Positions 50,581-64,000 of a stretch of 64,000 bases of DNA are shown here, one piece after another. Source of the DNA: Macrostomum lignano (lineage: Eukaryota); NCBI GenBank assembly GCA_002269645.1, contig NIVC01000932.1, positions 192,534 through 256,533 on the forward strand. The letters are read 5' to 3'. Both the position numbers and the translations under genes were made by a program. Positions within the stretch are counted from its first letter, which is position 1; each line of letters starts with the position of its first letter. The notes under the pieces were generated by a model. It saw only the letters and a program-made list of their open reading frames with translations. It ran no database searches and was not told where the DNA came from.

Positions 50581-51902
50581 TGGTGACGGAGTGAGTTGGT
50601 GACGGAGTGAGTTGGTGACGTTGTGAGATGGTGACGTTGTGAGTTGGTGACGGAGTGAGATGGTGACGGAGTGAGTTGGTGACGGAGTGAGTTGGTGACG
50701 GAGTGAGTTGGTAACGGAGTGAGTTGGTGACGGAGTGAGTTGGTGGCGGAGTGAGTTGGTGACGGAGTGAGATGGTGACGTTGTGAGTTGGTGACGGAGT
50801 GAGTTGGTGACGGAGTGAATTGGTGACGGAGTGAGTTGGTGGCGGAGTGAGTTGGTGACGGAGTGAGTTGGTGACGTTGTGAGTTGGTGACGGAGTGAGT
50901 TGGTAACGGAGTGAGTTGGTGACGGAGTGAGTTAGTGGCGGAGTGAGTTGGTGACGGAGTGAGATGGTGACGTTGTGAGTTGGTGACGGAGTGAGTTGAT
51001 GACGGAGTGAATTGGTGACGGAGTGAGTTGGTGGCGGAGTGAGTTGGTGACGGAGTGAGTTGGTGACGTTGTGAGTTGGTGACGGAGTGAGTTGGTAACG
51101 GAGTGAGTTGGTGACGGAGTGAGTTAGTGGCGGAGTGAGTTGGTGACGGAGTGAGATGGTGACGTTGTGAGTTGGTGACGGAGTGAGTTGATGACGGAGT
51201 GAATTGGTGACGGAGTGAGTTGGTGGCGGAGTGAGTTGGTGACGTTGTGAGTTGGTGACGGAGTGAGTTAGTGACGGAGTGAGTTGGTGACGGAGTGAGT
51301 TGGTGACGGAGTGAGATGGTAACGGAGTGAGTTGATGACGGAGTGAGTTGGTGACGGTGTGAGATGGTGACGGAGTGAGATGGTGACGTTGTGAGATGGT
51401 GACGGAGTGAGTTGGTGACGTTGTGAGTTGGTGACGGAGTGAGATGGTGACGGAGTGAGTTGGTAACGGAGTGAGTTGGTGACGGAGTGAGATGGTGACG
51501 GAGTGAGTTGGTGACGGAGTGAGATGGTGACGGAGTGAGATGGTGACGGAGTGAGTTGGTGACGGAGTGAGATGATGACGTTGTGAGTTGGTGACGTTGT
51601 GAGTTGGTGACGGAGTGAGTTGGTGACGTTGTGAGTTGGTGACGTTGTGAGTTGGTGACGTTGTGAGTTTGTGACGGAGTGAGTTGGTGACGGAGTGAGT
51701 TGGTGACGGAGTGAGTTGGTGACGGAGTGAGTTGGTGACGGAGTGAGTTGGTGACGGAGTGAGATGGTGACGGAGTGAGATGGTGACGGAGTGAGATGGT
51801 GACGGAGTGAGTTGGTGACGGAGTGAGTTGGTGACGGAGTGAGATGGTGACGGAGTGAGATGGTGACGGAGTGAGTTGGTGACGGAGTGAGTTGGTGACG
51901 GA
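50581..51902. repeat. 16-bp minisatellite just downstream of the Rbfox stop codon
   Basis: Unit gacggagtgagttggt; source of the 473-aa periodic ORF. Confidence 0.97.
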
Positions 51903-52782
51903 GAGAGCTTCCCTTTTCTCATTTTACGATAATTCGGTAAAACCGCATACATTACTTAAAAAAACTTCTTTTCACTTTGTTTAATTCGTTTCATTGTTAA
52001 ACCCTTGGCGTCTCATGAAAATGATTTTCAAAAACATTACAAAATAACTCTCTGATAAAGTCTTTAGCCTCACACTGTAACAGACAGTATTAGTTGTGCC
52101 TAATGTACTTTGCAACTTGTGCTGTACATGCTAAGACGTGGCTCTGGCACCGCAGCTCACTGACTTTGTGTTAATTAGCATGCACTGTCTGCCTAGTTGG
52201 AAAAATAAATATCGTTTACAATACTCATACGTACAGCCAGCAGTGATCGGCTTTTATTGCCTCATTGTTAGATTGTTTCCTTTCGAGGTTACTCAGTGAC
52301 TAAGCTGAGCTGTGCTGCGTTCGGCTGTGCTCACACGCTTGGGGCAAAAGCCAATTGATCCACCAAGGAGACCAGGGAGCAGATCATGGACTGCCAGTTC
52401 CTGCTCAACCCCCACCCCTCGGGATTCTACAGTTTGTTTAATTTTGTTAAACAAACAAAACTTTACTTTCTAAACCTTACTGATTAGTGGTCTCGTTTTT
52501 AACTCTGGATAAACTCAATTCACCTTGACGGGTGAAATGTTTAAAAATATTGCATGCGCTTTCAGTATGAAAATAGTACATTTTTGAACATGCAGATTTC
52601 AAGGGAAGAGTTTGTCAGTCCAGGTTCTGGTCCCAGGCATTCTTGGCCCCTGCTCAACCAACCGGGCAATAGCGCCCACGCACTGGACAAAAGTTGAGGT
52701 TTTTTCTCAAGCCACAACTGACTGCTTCAAACCAAGAAGTCAGCCGCTGTCCGGTCTTCAGTAAAAAAGAGGCAGAAATTTG

Positions 52783-53370
52783 ATGCAACAGCAGCAGAGC
52801 CAGCAACAACGGAAGAGATGGTACTCAAGCAGCGGAGGAGAAGCGGGTTTTTGTGACAGGTAAACTGAGATTAATTGATGGCTCGTAATGCTGACTAGCT
52901 AATGCTGACTGGCTAATGCTGACTAGCTAATACTGACTAGCTAATGCTGACTAGCTAATGCTGACTGGCTAATGCTGACTAGCTAATGCTGACTAGCTAA
53001 TGCTGACTAGCTAATTCTGACTAGCTAATTCTGACTAGCTAATTCTGACTAGCTAATGCTGACTAGCTAATGCTGACTAGCTAATGCTGACTAGCTAATT
53101 CTGACTAGCTAATGAACACAAGCTAATGCTGACTAGCTAATGCTGACTAGCTAATGAACACTAGCTAAAGCAGAATTTCCAATCCCGCTAGCACAGAGCT
53201 GAGCACAGACAACTCGAACTCGCAGGTGCAGTCAGCTGTTCAGCGAACTCTACGAGGCCCTGCTGGATCAGCTCTGCTTCACCTGGACTCGACACCGGCA
53301 GCAAGGCAGCCGTCGGCCGAGACAACGGCGCTACAGCAGCAACTATCCCGACGACAACCCGGAAATTTAA
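52783..53370 (+). CDS. Candidate two-exon small protein, 73 aa, unknown function
   Basis: Exon 52783-52859 (donor AG|gtaaac) joined to 53226-53370 (acceptor ctcgcag|G), phase 2 matched; MQQQQSQQQRKRWYSSSGGEAGFCDRCSQLFSELYEALLDQLCFTWTRHRQQGSRRPRQRRYSSNYPDDNPEI*; GC3-rich codons in exon 2; in-frame TAA upstream at 52762. Confidence 0.55.
52886..53168. repeat. 14-bp minisatellite inside the small-protein intron
   Basis: Unit gctaatgctgacta. Confidence 0.94.
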
Positions 53371-53442
53371 CAAAATTATAGCTTTGTTTTCATTTAATGG
53401 CTGGCCTTTCACAATTAGGCCTGGTTTATACGCGTAGCAGAG

Positions 53443-53535
53443 GCGCCAGCATCAGGGGCGCTAGCATCAGGGGCGCCAGCATCAGGGCGCCAGCATCAGG
53501 GGCGCCAGTATCAGGGGCGCCAGCATCAGGGGCCT
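53443..53535. repeat. 15-bp short tandem repeat
   Basis: Unit gcgccagcatcaggg, about 6 copies. Confidence 0.9.
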
Positions 53536-54258
53536 CCCCTTGCCCCTGCCTGCGCCCTGTAAAGATGACAATTTGCATTGTATGGTTTAGCATTATCTCG
53601 TTCAACCTCTAACCGCCCTGCAAGTTAAGCAGAATTGGCGCTGGTTAGTTTTAACCTACATTAAATATGGTCTTACCTTCGGTTAGTCGTACTGTGATAG
53701 ACATGGGTTTTGCTGCGACCCCAACCTTTAGTGCTAAATTTTAATAGTTTTCTTTCATATGCAATGTTACAAACAATAGCGTTACTGATTTATTTGTTTA
53801 AATTGATTGATATTTTCTGTATCGGTACACTCAATGAAAAAGTAAGCACAAATATTCTAACAAATAAATTTAATGCAATAGAAAACATTCTGAATGTCCT
53901 ATACTTGCTACTAAGAGTAGAATAGAGCGAATTTTTTGCTTTTACTTGACTAATTCTTGTCTAATAAGAAAAAACTTATATACAGTTGAATATTGCAATA
54001 AATCAATCAATCGATACTGCGCTGAGCTGAGTGAACTCAACAGCTGCAATAATGAGCTGAGGAAACCCGACTCTGGTCAGCCCCGGCATTTCTTTGTGAG
54101 GCCAATCAATAGAATGAAGGCTAACGCTTGGAATTTGAGATATTCCTATTCTAAGCATCTCATAGGTATTTTAGTAATTGAATTATATTTTATAATAATC
54201 CTTATAATCCTGGACAGGCATATTGTATGTGTTCAAGGAATCGCTAGAGTCTAGATTA

Positions 54259-54365
54259 CAGGGGTTGGCAAACTCATGGTCCGAGGGCCACATGCGCCCC
54301 GCTAGGCCTCTCTAACCGGCCCTCGGGTCCTTTAAAGCCTCACAATAGCAATCCGGCCCGCTCAG
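54259..54365 (+). mobile_element. hAT-like transposon terminus (single end)
   Basis: caggggttggcaaact...gagggccacatgcgcccc...ccggccc resembles hAT/Charlie-type ends; matching opposite TIR not found. Confidence 0.5.
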
Positions 54366-55581
54366 GGTCTGTGTCTCTTCTCAGCTCTCTTCTCTCTTCT
54401 CCCTCTTCTCTACCGTCTTTTCTCACCCCTCTCCTCTCTGCTCTCCTCTTCACTTCTCTATCTTCTCATTTATCTATTCTCTCATTCCGCCTCTCCTCTC
54501 CTGGCCACGGCTCTGAGGAACACCGCTCTGATGGTAAGGGCTTAGGCCATCCCCCCAGTCGGATATCTTTTGCCTGGCTGTTGGGTTCCGGGTTGCGGCC
54601 CAGCGCTCTCTCGCGGACCTTAGCCCCCATTTGCTTTGCAGCGGACTATATGGGGTACTAATGTACGACCACCGCGTCCCTGCATGATGCTGGAACGCCA
54701 ACTGAGTTTTCAAAACTACAAACGCCAACTGAGTTTTCAAACTTCAAAACCTAGCGTTGAAGTTACTGGACAACAGGATAGTTGAGCCTCACATCTCTAA
54801 GAAAGCCGCCTCATCTACCGCTTCTGAGAAGGGTGCCGGCAACTCTGCGAATACTGCGGGGTGGGCCGAAATTCGTGCATCGGTTGCTGCCAAGCTTCTA
54901 GTGATGCAACTCTCACGGCTACGGAGGGATCCGACAGGTGCCGACAGCGTCCGGGTGATGACTGAATGCTTGAGAGACTAGCTGGGGATGTCCAGCAGTT
55001 GTGATTTGTCCACTGTCGAGGCTTGATCAGTGAAACTGGAGAAATTTTTGCAACACCGATGTCCATAGTCACCTGGTGCCACCTGTTGAGGGTCCAGAAG
55101 CTCCACCTGGATGAAAGCCAGTGACCAACAAAGTCAGAGCTGATGCAGACACGTGGTGGTCGACGTGCTGATGAAATTTGGAGGCTTGGCAAGGCTGCAG
55201 GGCTGATTGGCGCACAGGGGTTGTACTGAATACACTAACGCGTATGGGAAAAATCCGACCTTCTGGCAGAATCGTTGAATATCTCGACGGTCCGAAGGAC
55301 TGGCAACTTGATTCTTGTTAGAAAACTGGAGTAATAAAAAGTTTTTCCGTATTCTTGAATTTCGTGTGACTGTGTTGCTCCGTTCCGGCGCAGCAAAAAA
55401 ACAGCTGGACCAAATCTAGGCTGGACTCCCACCTGGTCAAGATGGCCCTAAGCGGCACCGTGCTTCGAGTCCTGAAGACCAGGAGGATCAGGCCCTCCAC
55501 ATCCAATCCCGCCGACAGCCAGTCTGGGCAGCAGCTCCTCGAGATGCTGAAAGCCTTCGACTGGGGTTGCGGAGTTGGGTA

Positions 55582-57549
<1,968 letters not shown>

Positions 57550-57774
57550 GGAGTTGGGTAACCTGATCATCTGCAGGGAGGATGAGGGATTACGGACGCT
57601 TCGTCACCGGGCCTGGATTCCGGCTCGAAGCGCCACTTGAGCTGCGCCGCTCGATCAAAAGCCACGACAAAAAGGAAAATCACTCGCCGCTACGCTTTTC
57701 AAAACCTATGACAGAATGATGCAAAATCTTAAAATTATTCGAATAAAATTTCTGCGACAAGCATCAAATCTTAA

Positions 57775-58030
57775 TAAATGTGTCCCATGAAAGACATAAA
57801 ATCTCAATAAGTGTGTCCGAGACAGACATCAAATCTTAAAAGGTGTGTCCGAGACAGGTATCAAATCTGAATAAAGGTGTCCGAGACGGACATCAAATCT
57901 TAAAAAGTGTGTCCGAGACAGGTATCAAATCTGAATAAATGTGTCCGAGATAGAAATCAATCTTAAAAAGTGTGTCCGAGACAGGTATAAAATCTCAATG
58001 TGTCCGAGACAGGCATCAAATCTGAATACA
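57775..58030. repeat. ~32-bp minisatellite
   Basis: Recurrent tgtgtccgagacaggcatcaaatcttaaaaag. Confidence 0.88.
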
Positions 58031-58169
58031 TGTAACTGTGTCCGGGACAGGTAGTTTACAGGTAGACAAGGACAGGCAAAATGAATTTGTGCCGCGCCCC
58101 CACGCCCCAGAGGCACCCCGTCCATACGCCGATGGTTTCGAGAGGCTGCAACTCCGTCAACGCAGTCCT

Positions 58170-58372
58170 GATTGGCCAGGGGGACCCTTGAGCTCAAGGA
58201 GCTCAAGCTGTAAAACTTTCACCATTGGGCAACACTAGCCAACAGGCAGGCAAGCAGGCGCTCTCTCAACAGGTTTCTTAACAATTCAAATTTGAGCTTC
58301 AAGAATCTGATAGTAGCTGGCAGACATTAGCTGCTGTGCGAGTATCTTAACACCTGGGCAATTAAGGTAAGT
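58170..58372 (+). promoter_or_regulatory. Candidate promoter and non-coding first exon upstream of VAChT
   Basis: Reverse CCAAT boxes (ATTGG at 58171 and 58224) and a perfect donor AAG|GTAAGT at 58367; splice acceptors precede the VAChT ATG at 60543 and 60576. Confidence 0.35.
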
Positions 58373-60709
58373 AATTATTTTGAAATTCCGAACGATTTCA
58401 TTGAGACGGCTTTACAAATAGGACTCTCCATGCACTTCAATATAATGAATATAGTTCTTGCAATTTTGTCATTCTTTACCTGAGTGAATATTTTTCTTTT
58501 CTGAGTATTGAATCAGAGCATACTCGAATTTTGTCTGATATGCGTTGACGTTGGTATGCGTTCGATATCAAACTTTGCGGTGCACAGAGACCTTGTTTTT
58601 CAATATTTAGGTTTATTTTTTGCAAAAAATCCCAAGCTAAAGGTAAAGTTCGTATGTGAGCTTCTCCCGCCACTTGACTTTCTAATCGTCAGGCATGTGT
58701 AGCTTCGTACACTTTCTGTGCCGTGAAACTGCTCAAAGGTTTGCCACCGCTCGTTTTTCATCCAAGAAGCGAACGGCGACCCTTGGCAGCCGCTAGACCA
58801 CATATTCATTTTCGAATATTCATTCGCATTTAATCTATCGTATATAAAACCACAACAGCCTTGACTGCGGAATTGCTGGCTAAGGAAGCAAACAAAGAAA
58901 AGTAGCTCCAGCATCTCTGCTGCCCTCGTGCTTCTCTGCATCCCCCGGGCGTCTGAGCCCCATCAGCCCCCCCTCGCCCTTCCCTCAACGTAACCAACGC
59001 ACACGGCTCCTTCGTCGCATGCAGCAGCTGGCCAGCCTCCCATGAAACTCCCCAAAAAACTCTCCAAGCCCCCAATCGCCTCAGACCATGAGAATTCTGC
59101 AGCCCACCTTTCGCTACCAATATTGGCTGGCCTGAAGCTGGACAACTGGCGGACTGCAGGGGCAGTGCTAGGCTTCAGCCTACTTTACTTTCATTCCGTA
59201 ATCCAAACTGATTTGATCGATTCGTTCCTCATCGTGGCCCAAATTTCCATAACCCCGCGCTTAGGCGGTGCAGCCCAGTGTTGCCGAAGAACAGCCCGCT
59301 ACTTACAGCAGCCAGATCGCCAACAGGATTTGACAGATTGAACTGCTGTTCTCTTCTCCCTGACAAAGAGAACCTCAGGTTTGTTTAAAAATCGCCCCCC
59401 CCCAACCGCTGACCAGCTGGCGAGGGCGGGAGGAAATTCCGGGAGAAACAATTCCGCTTTTTCCACCCTGTTGAGAAGAGCTCAGGCCCGCGCTTCTTCA
59501 CCTTGGTGGACCATCCGCTTTGGGTGGGCATGCAGGGGGCAGGGATGAAGAATGAGCATCTCAGCTCCCTTCCTCGCTTCCTCTGTCCCACCCTCGCCTT
59601 TTCCTCCTCATTTTTCTCCTATTCTTCTTTTGCATAGAGAGAGGGGGGAGGGGATGCGGGAGCAGGGCGGGGGCTACAAAGCAAAAAACAGCGAGAATTC
59701 TTTAGGCAAACAGCAGACGCTCTTCGCCTGCCGTCCTTCGCGCGCTCAGTTCTCTCGCCAGCCTCTCCAGCCCCTTCGCCTAAATAGCTCACCGCCCTGC
59801 TTCACTCAACAGCCCGGCCCCCTCTTCTCAAGGCTTATAATAGGCCCTATTGATTTGCTAAGTTGCATTTCCTCTGGGGGCTGGGACACGATACCTGCTT
59901 CCACCTTGCTTTTGTCAAGTACTCTGTCGTCATCCACCCCAGTCCCCTAGCAAGCAGGCCTGCATATTCACACCGTGCCGTCTGCATTGGATCCAAATTG
60001 TACCACCGCTCCCTCCTCCCACCAAACCTGCAGCGGGCCTGAGACAGAGGGGCACGTGAGCTGCCGAAGAAAGAAAGTGTAGATTGGATGGCCTGGCAGG
60101 CAGACTTGAGACAGCAATGGGCTTGGCTGAGACTTGAGACAGCAATGGGCTTGGCTGAGGGGGGGCGTGGCGGGCCAGCCATCTTTGGCTGGAAAATAAT
60201 GAGAAGGGAACATGCAGATTAGTACGTGCACCCGCAATGCCTCGCCTAGGTCGATGCGTTGTTTGAACCACTTCAGGCTCCTCTTGTGCGCGCGTGTCTG
60301 TGTGACTGACTGTCGGAGTAGGGAGCGGAGCGAGAAACATTGAGATGTAGAAGTCTGGTGACAATCTTGATAGTAATAACATTTTATCACTTTCAAATGA
60401 TTCAACTCTGCATCAATCTTTATAAAGTACATGATGTACTTTGCTGACACCCAATGATGCTGCTTAGTCATCCATTTCAACCAGAATAAAAGCGATTTCT
60501 TTATTAGTCATTTCAAGCGTTGCTTTATCGATTTGTGTTGCAGGCTAAGCGCGCGTCTTGCCGTCTCTCTACTCAGGTGCAGCAAGTTGCGGCCAATCAG
60601 GAATATCAGAGTAACTGGTCCTCTAGCATCCACAGCGCTACTATCTAGACACAGCTAAGCGACAGATCTTGACACAGGCAATTTCACAGAAGACTTCAAA
60701 CCCAACACA

Positions 60710-62306
60710 ATGTGGGCCTATATTCAGTCAGTGATCGAGGAGCCGCAGTCGCAGCGGAAGCTGGTCCTCATCATAGTCTGCATCGCGCTGCTACTGGACA
60801 ACATGCTCTACATGGTGATCGTGCCAATCATTCCGCACTACCTGACCAACGTCACTAACGAGCTGCGCAATCGCGAGGGCTACAACGAGACGACAACCAG
60901 CAACTACACAGAGATGCGCAACCACACGCTGTACCATCACTACAACCACACAAGCCACCTCAGGTTTCGCTGGCTGGTGGCGGAGAACGCCGAGCCCAAG
61001 ATTGGCTACCTGTTTGCCAGCAAGGCGGCCGTCCAGCTGCTTGTGAACCCCATCAGCGGGACAATCATAGATCGAATGGGCTACGACCGGCCCATGATGT
61101 TCGGCCTCTCCATTATCTGCCTGTCGACAACCGTGTTTGCGTTCGGCAAGTCCTACAATGTGATGTTCCTGGCGCGGTCTGCAGGGCCTCGGCTCCGCGT
61201 TCGCCGACACCTCCGGCCTGGCAATGATTGCCGACCGGTTCACCGAGGAGGCCGAGCGCACCAAGTCTCTGGGATCGCGCTGGCCTTCATCTCGTTCGGC
61301 TCGCTGGTCGCGCCCCCGTTCGGCGGCATTCTGTATCAGTACTTCGGCAAGGAGCTGCCCTTCATGGTACTGGCGCTCATCGCTCTCATCGACGGCTGCC
61401 TGATGCTCGTTGTTATGAAACCTGTGCGAGCGAGCGGCGCACCCAGAAGGCTATCGGAGAGCTGCCGAAGGGGACGCCGTTCCACCGACTGATACGCGAT
61501 CCGTACATCGCCACCTGCGCCGGCGCCCTGGCCATGGCGAACGTCTCGCTGGCCTTCCTGGAGCCAACAATTTCAATCTGGATGCAGAAGCGGCTGAATT
61601 CCAGCAACTCCGAGCAGGGACTTGTCTGGCTGCCCTCGTTCTTTCCCCACGTGCTCGGCGTATACAGCACGGTGTACCTGGCTAGACGCTTCCCCAAGTA
61701 TCAGTGGCTGATGGCGGCCATCGGCCTGGCCATGGAGGGCATCTCTTGCCTGTTTGTGCCATTCTGCACCGACTTCGTCTCGCTGATGATCCCGATCTGT
61801 CTGCTGTGCTACGGCATCGCCTTGATCGACACGGCCCTGCTGCCGACTCTGGCCTACGTGGTTGACCACCGCTACGCGTCCGTGTACGGCTCCGTGTACG
61901 CCATCGCGGACCTGTCCTACAGCCTGGCGTACGCAGTCGGCCCAGTGGTGGCCGGGCAGCTGGTGACCGCCATCGGATTCACCGGGATGAACATCGTCAT
62001 CTTTCTTACTAACATTCTGTACTCGCCGGTGCTCATGGTGCTGAGGAATGTCTACAAGTACGAAGGATTCGAGCCGCCGAAGGAAGGCGTCGAGGCTTTC
62101 ACTGACGCTGGCGGCGGAGCCAGCGGCGGCGGTCTCGGCGGCGACGTTGGCATTCAAGCCGCGCCGACACCGCAGTACCGGACCTACATGCTCAACGGCG
62201 GCGAGGGCGGCGCTGCCAAGCCGCTGGACAGCAAAGCGTCGCCGCCTGATATGAACGCCGGTTTCGTTGCCAACTTCCCGGATGTTCAGCAGCTGCCGCC
62301 CGCCGC

Positions 62307-62337
<31 letters not shown>

Positions 62338-62409
62338 AGCAGCCGGGCTGGACGAATCGCGGGCCACTGGAGTGAGGCTGCGCGGAATCGAGGGCCGACA
62401 GTTCCTTAG
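60710..62409 (+). CDS. SLC18A3: Vesicular acetylcholine transporter, intronless; frame broken by small deletions near 61179, 61272, 61431 and possibly ~62305
   Basis: [118 protein letters not shown]; the missing [27 protein letters not shown] lies in the alternate frame. True stop may be 62375 if a fourth shift exists. Confidence 0.95.
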
Positions 62410-63637
62410 ACAAAGGAATGAAATATTTTTTAACGTTCATAGCAGTACAGACCATTTGATATGACTTTATCATATTTTTAGTGTTGTCATGCTGCCTATA
62501 GATGTGAACTTTAGCTATTTTGCTTGTCAAAATTGAATTGCGAAATTTAGGTGCGCGTCAAGTTTACTGGTATCTGTTTTAGTCTTGATGGCATCAATAG
62601 CTTTTCTATTCTGTGTTAAATGCTTTGCCGAAGATTAGTCTCTTTTTCTAGCTGTGTCGTCTGTTTTTTATCAACATTTGGGAACTTGTGAACAGCATAA
62701 TAACTCCTGTAAGCTGTTTTATATAGCACTGGCGCACCTGTTCGACTTCTATCCGAGCTGTTTTGAGATGCGCTTCTGTTGTTACTTGATTGCTTAACTC
62801 CTTTTTAAATTTGATTTAAGTCTGTAGGACTGGCAAGCGCAGCTAGCGGTCCTTGAACTACTCCTCATTGCATTGAAAAGGTTGTTTGAATAAATCGATT
62901 TTCTAGTAAAATTCTTAGAATTCACGTCGCTCTCCTGCACACCTGTTGTTTACTTGTCACGCGCGCACCTGCAGTATCCACCTTACCTTAGCGCTATTGT
63001 GTTTCTTCTTGTTGCTTACTAAAATTCGTGCTCGAGTCTTATTCGTTATTCTATATTTAAGCAAAATGTTTTAGAATTTTAATGTTCTTGATACTGTAGC
63101 TGTTGTTTTATTTTTATTAATTTTTCTTTTGCTTCCTAAAACAAAATCCTCGATAACAAAATTGTTTTCAAAGTAAACAGATGAGCTTGTTCTAATATTT
63201 CATAAATCTTTCTGATTGACCTATGTACGTACCTTTTGATTCAGTACACCAGATGGAGAGCCGTGAGCTGTATCGATAGCTATTTAAGAATTGCATTGCA
63301 TTGCTCGAGTTTCTTATTTAATACAAATAGCTAAAGTGTATTTTTAGCATCATTTCAAGTTTGGGCTTAGTTTGTATTTCCCTGAGGAATGAGTTTGCTG
63401 AGCCACAGAAGATCCCAGCCGACTCCCCCACATCGCATTTGTCCCGCGACCTTTTACCCAGCTGGAGCCCAGTCGGTTTCCTTTGTATTCGAAGTTCCCA
63501 GGAGCCTCTAAGGTTTCAGGTTGAATCTGTGTTGTCTTTTAATTTCACTTTCGAACCATTGAAATAGCATTTAATTTCATTCCAGAGCCTTCTTCTTCCA
63601 GTGTAAACAGAAACAGCAACCAAATCAAATCTGCGAC

Positions 63638-63718
63638 ATGCCATCCGAACAAGTGCGCGAGTTCGTTCGCCGCATCTCATCGAAAGATTCGGACGAATAT
63701 CCCAACTGGGATCCGACA
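63638..63718 (+). CDS. CHAT: Probable first coding exon of choline acetyltransferase (rest beyond window)
   Basis: Acceptors ttccag at 63585 and 63601, ATG 63638, MPSEQVREFVRRISSKDSDEYPNWDPT, phase-0 donor GTAAGC at 63719. Identity inferred from position 1.2 kb downstream of an intronless VAChT on the same strand; the diagnostic LPKLPVP motif is not within the window. Confidence 0.45.
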
Positions 63719-63799
63719 GTAAGCACAATTGTATTGGTGGGATTTGAATTAATCATTTAATATGTATATATAGCTTGAAGTTTAAGGTCGAAAGTCAAA

Positions 63800-64000
63800 A
63801 CACGTACACTGATCTCACCTGTACATTTGTCCCTACGTGTACATTTATTCCATCTGTGCATTTATCCACGTGTCCACGTGTAAATTGATCCCACCTGTAC
63901 ATTGCATCCTATTGTAAATTAATCCACCTTCCATTTATCCAACGTGTAAATGATCCCACCTGTACATTGATCCTATTTGTAAATTAATCCCACCTTCCAT
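63800..64000. repeat. Degenerate tandem repeat in the intron after the candidate ChAT exon
   Basis: Recurrent gatcccacctgtacattg, tgtaaattaatcc and catttatcca blocks. Confidence 0.7.

Noticed and set aside
58600-58941. Minus-strand 113-aa ORF with a signal-peptide-like start
   Set aside because: No recognisable domain, weak codon bias, AT-rich end; cannot be supported without expression data.

Overview
Eukaryotic (metazoan) genomic DNA. The GC-rich exons, AT-rich spacers and very high minisatellite load are consistent with a free-living flatworm such as Macrostomum, which is an inference from sequence style and not a database match. Hand-built spliced models with consistent GT-AG phases support: (1) MLH1 on the minus strand, 9 exons seen, running off the left edge, with an intact D,D34D mariner in intron 3; (2) a complete ~22-exon voltage-gated Ca-channel alpha2delta gene (+, 22409-35743); (3) a 3-exon orphan rhodopsin-class GPCR (-, 36855-42023); (4) an Rbfox RNA-binding gene (+, 44302-50537); (5) a candidate 2-exon 73-aa microprotein missed by the ORF track (52783-53370); (6) an intronless VAChT/SLC18A3 (+, from 60710) broken by 3-4 small deletions and followed by a probable first coding exon of ChAT, i.e. 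a nested cholinergic locus. Mobile DNA includes RTE-like LINE remnants, a 5'-truncated LOA/R1-like LINE with RNase H and an 11-bp TSD, tRNA-derived SINEs and a MITE. Most long ORFs in the track are translations of tandem repeats. The most striking structural pattern is that most introns of MLH1, the GPCR, Rbfox and the microprotein gene are each filled by their own minisatellite, several built from splice-regulatory-like motifs.
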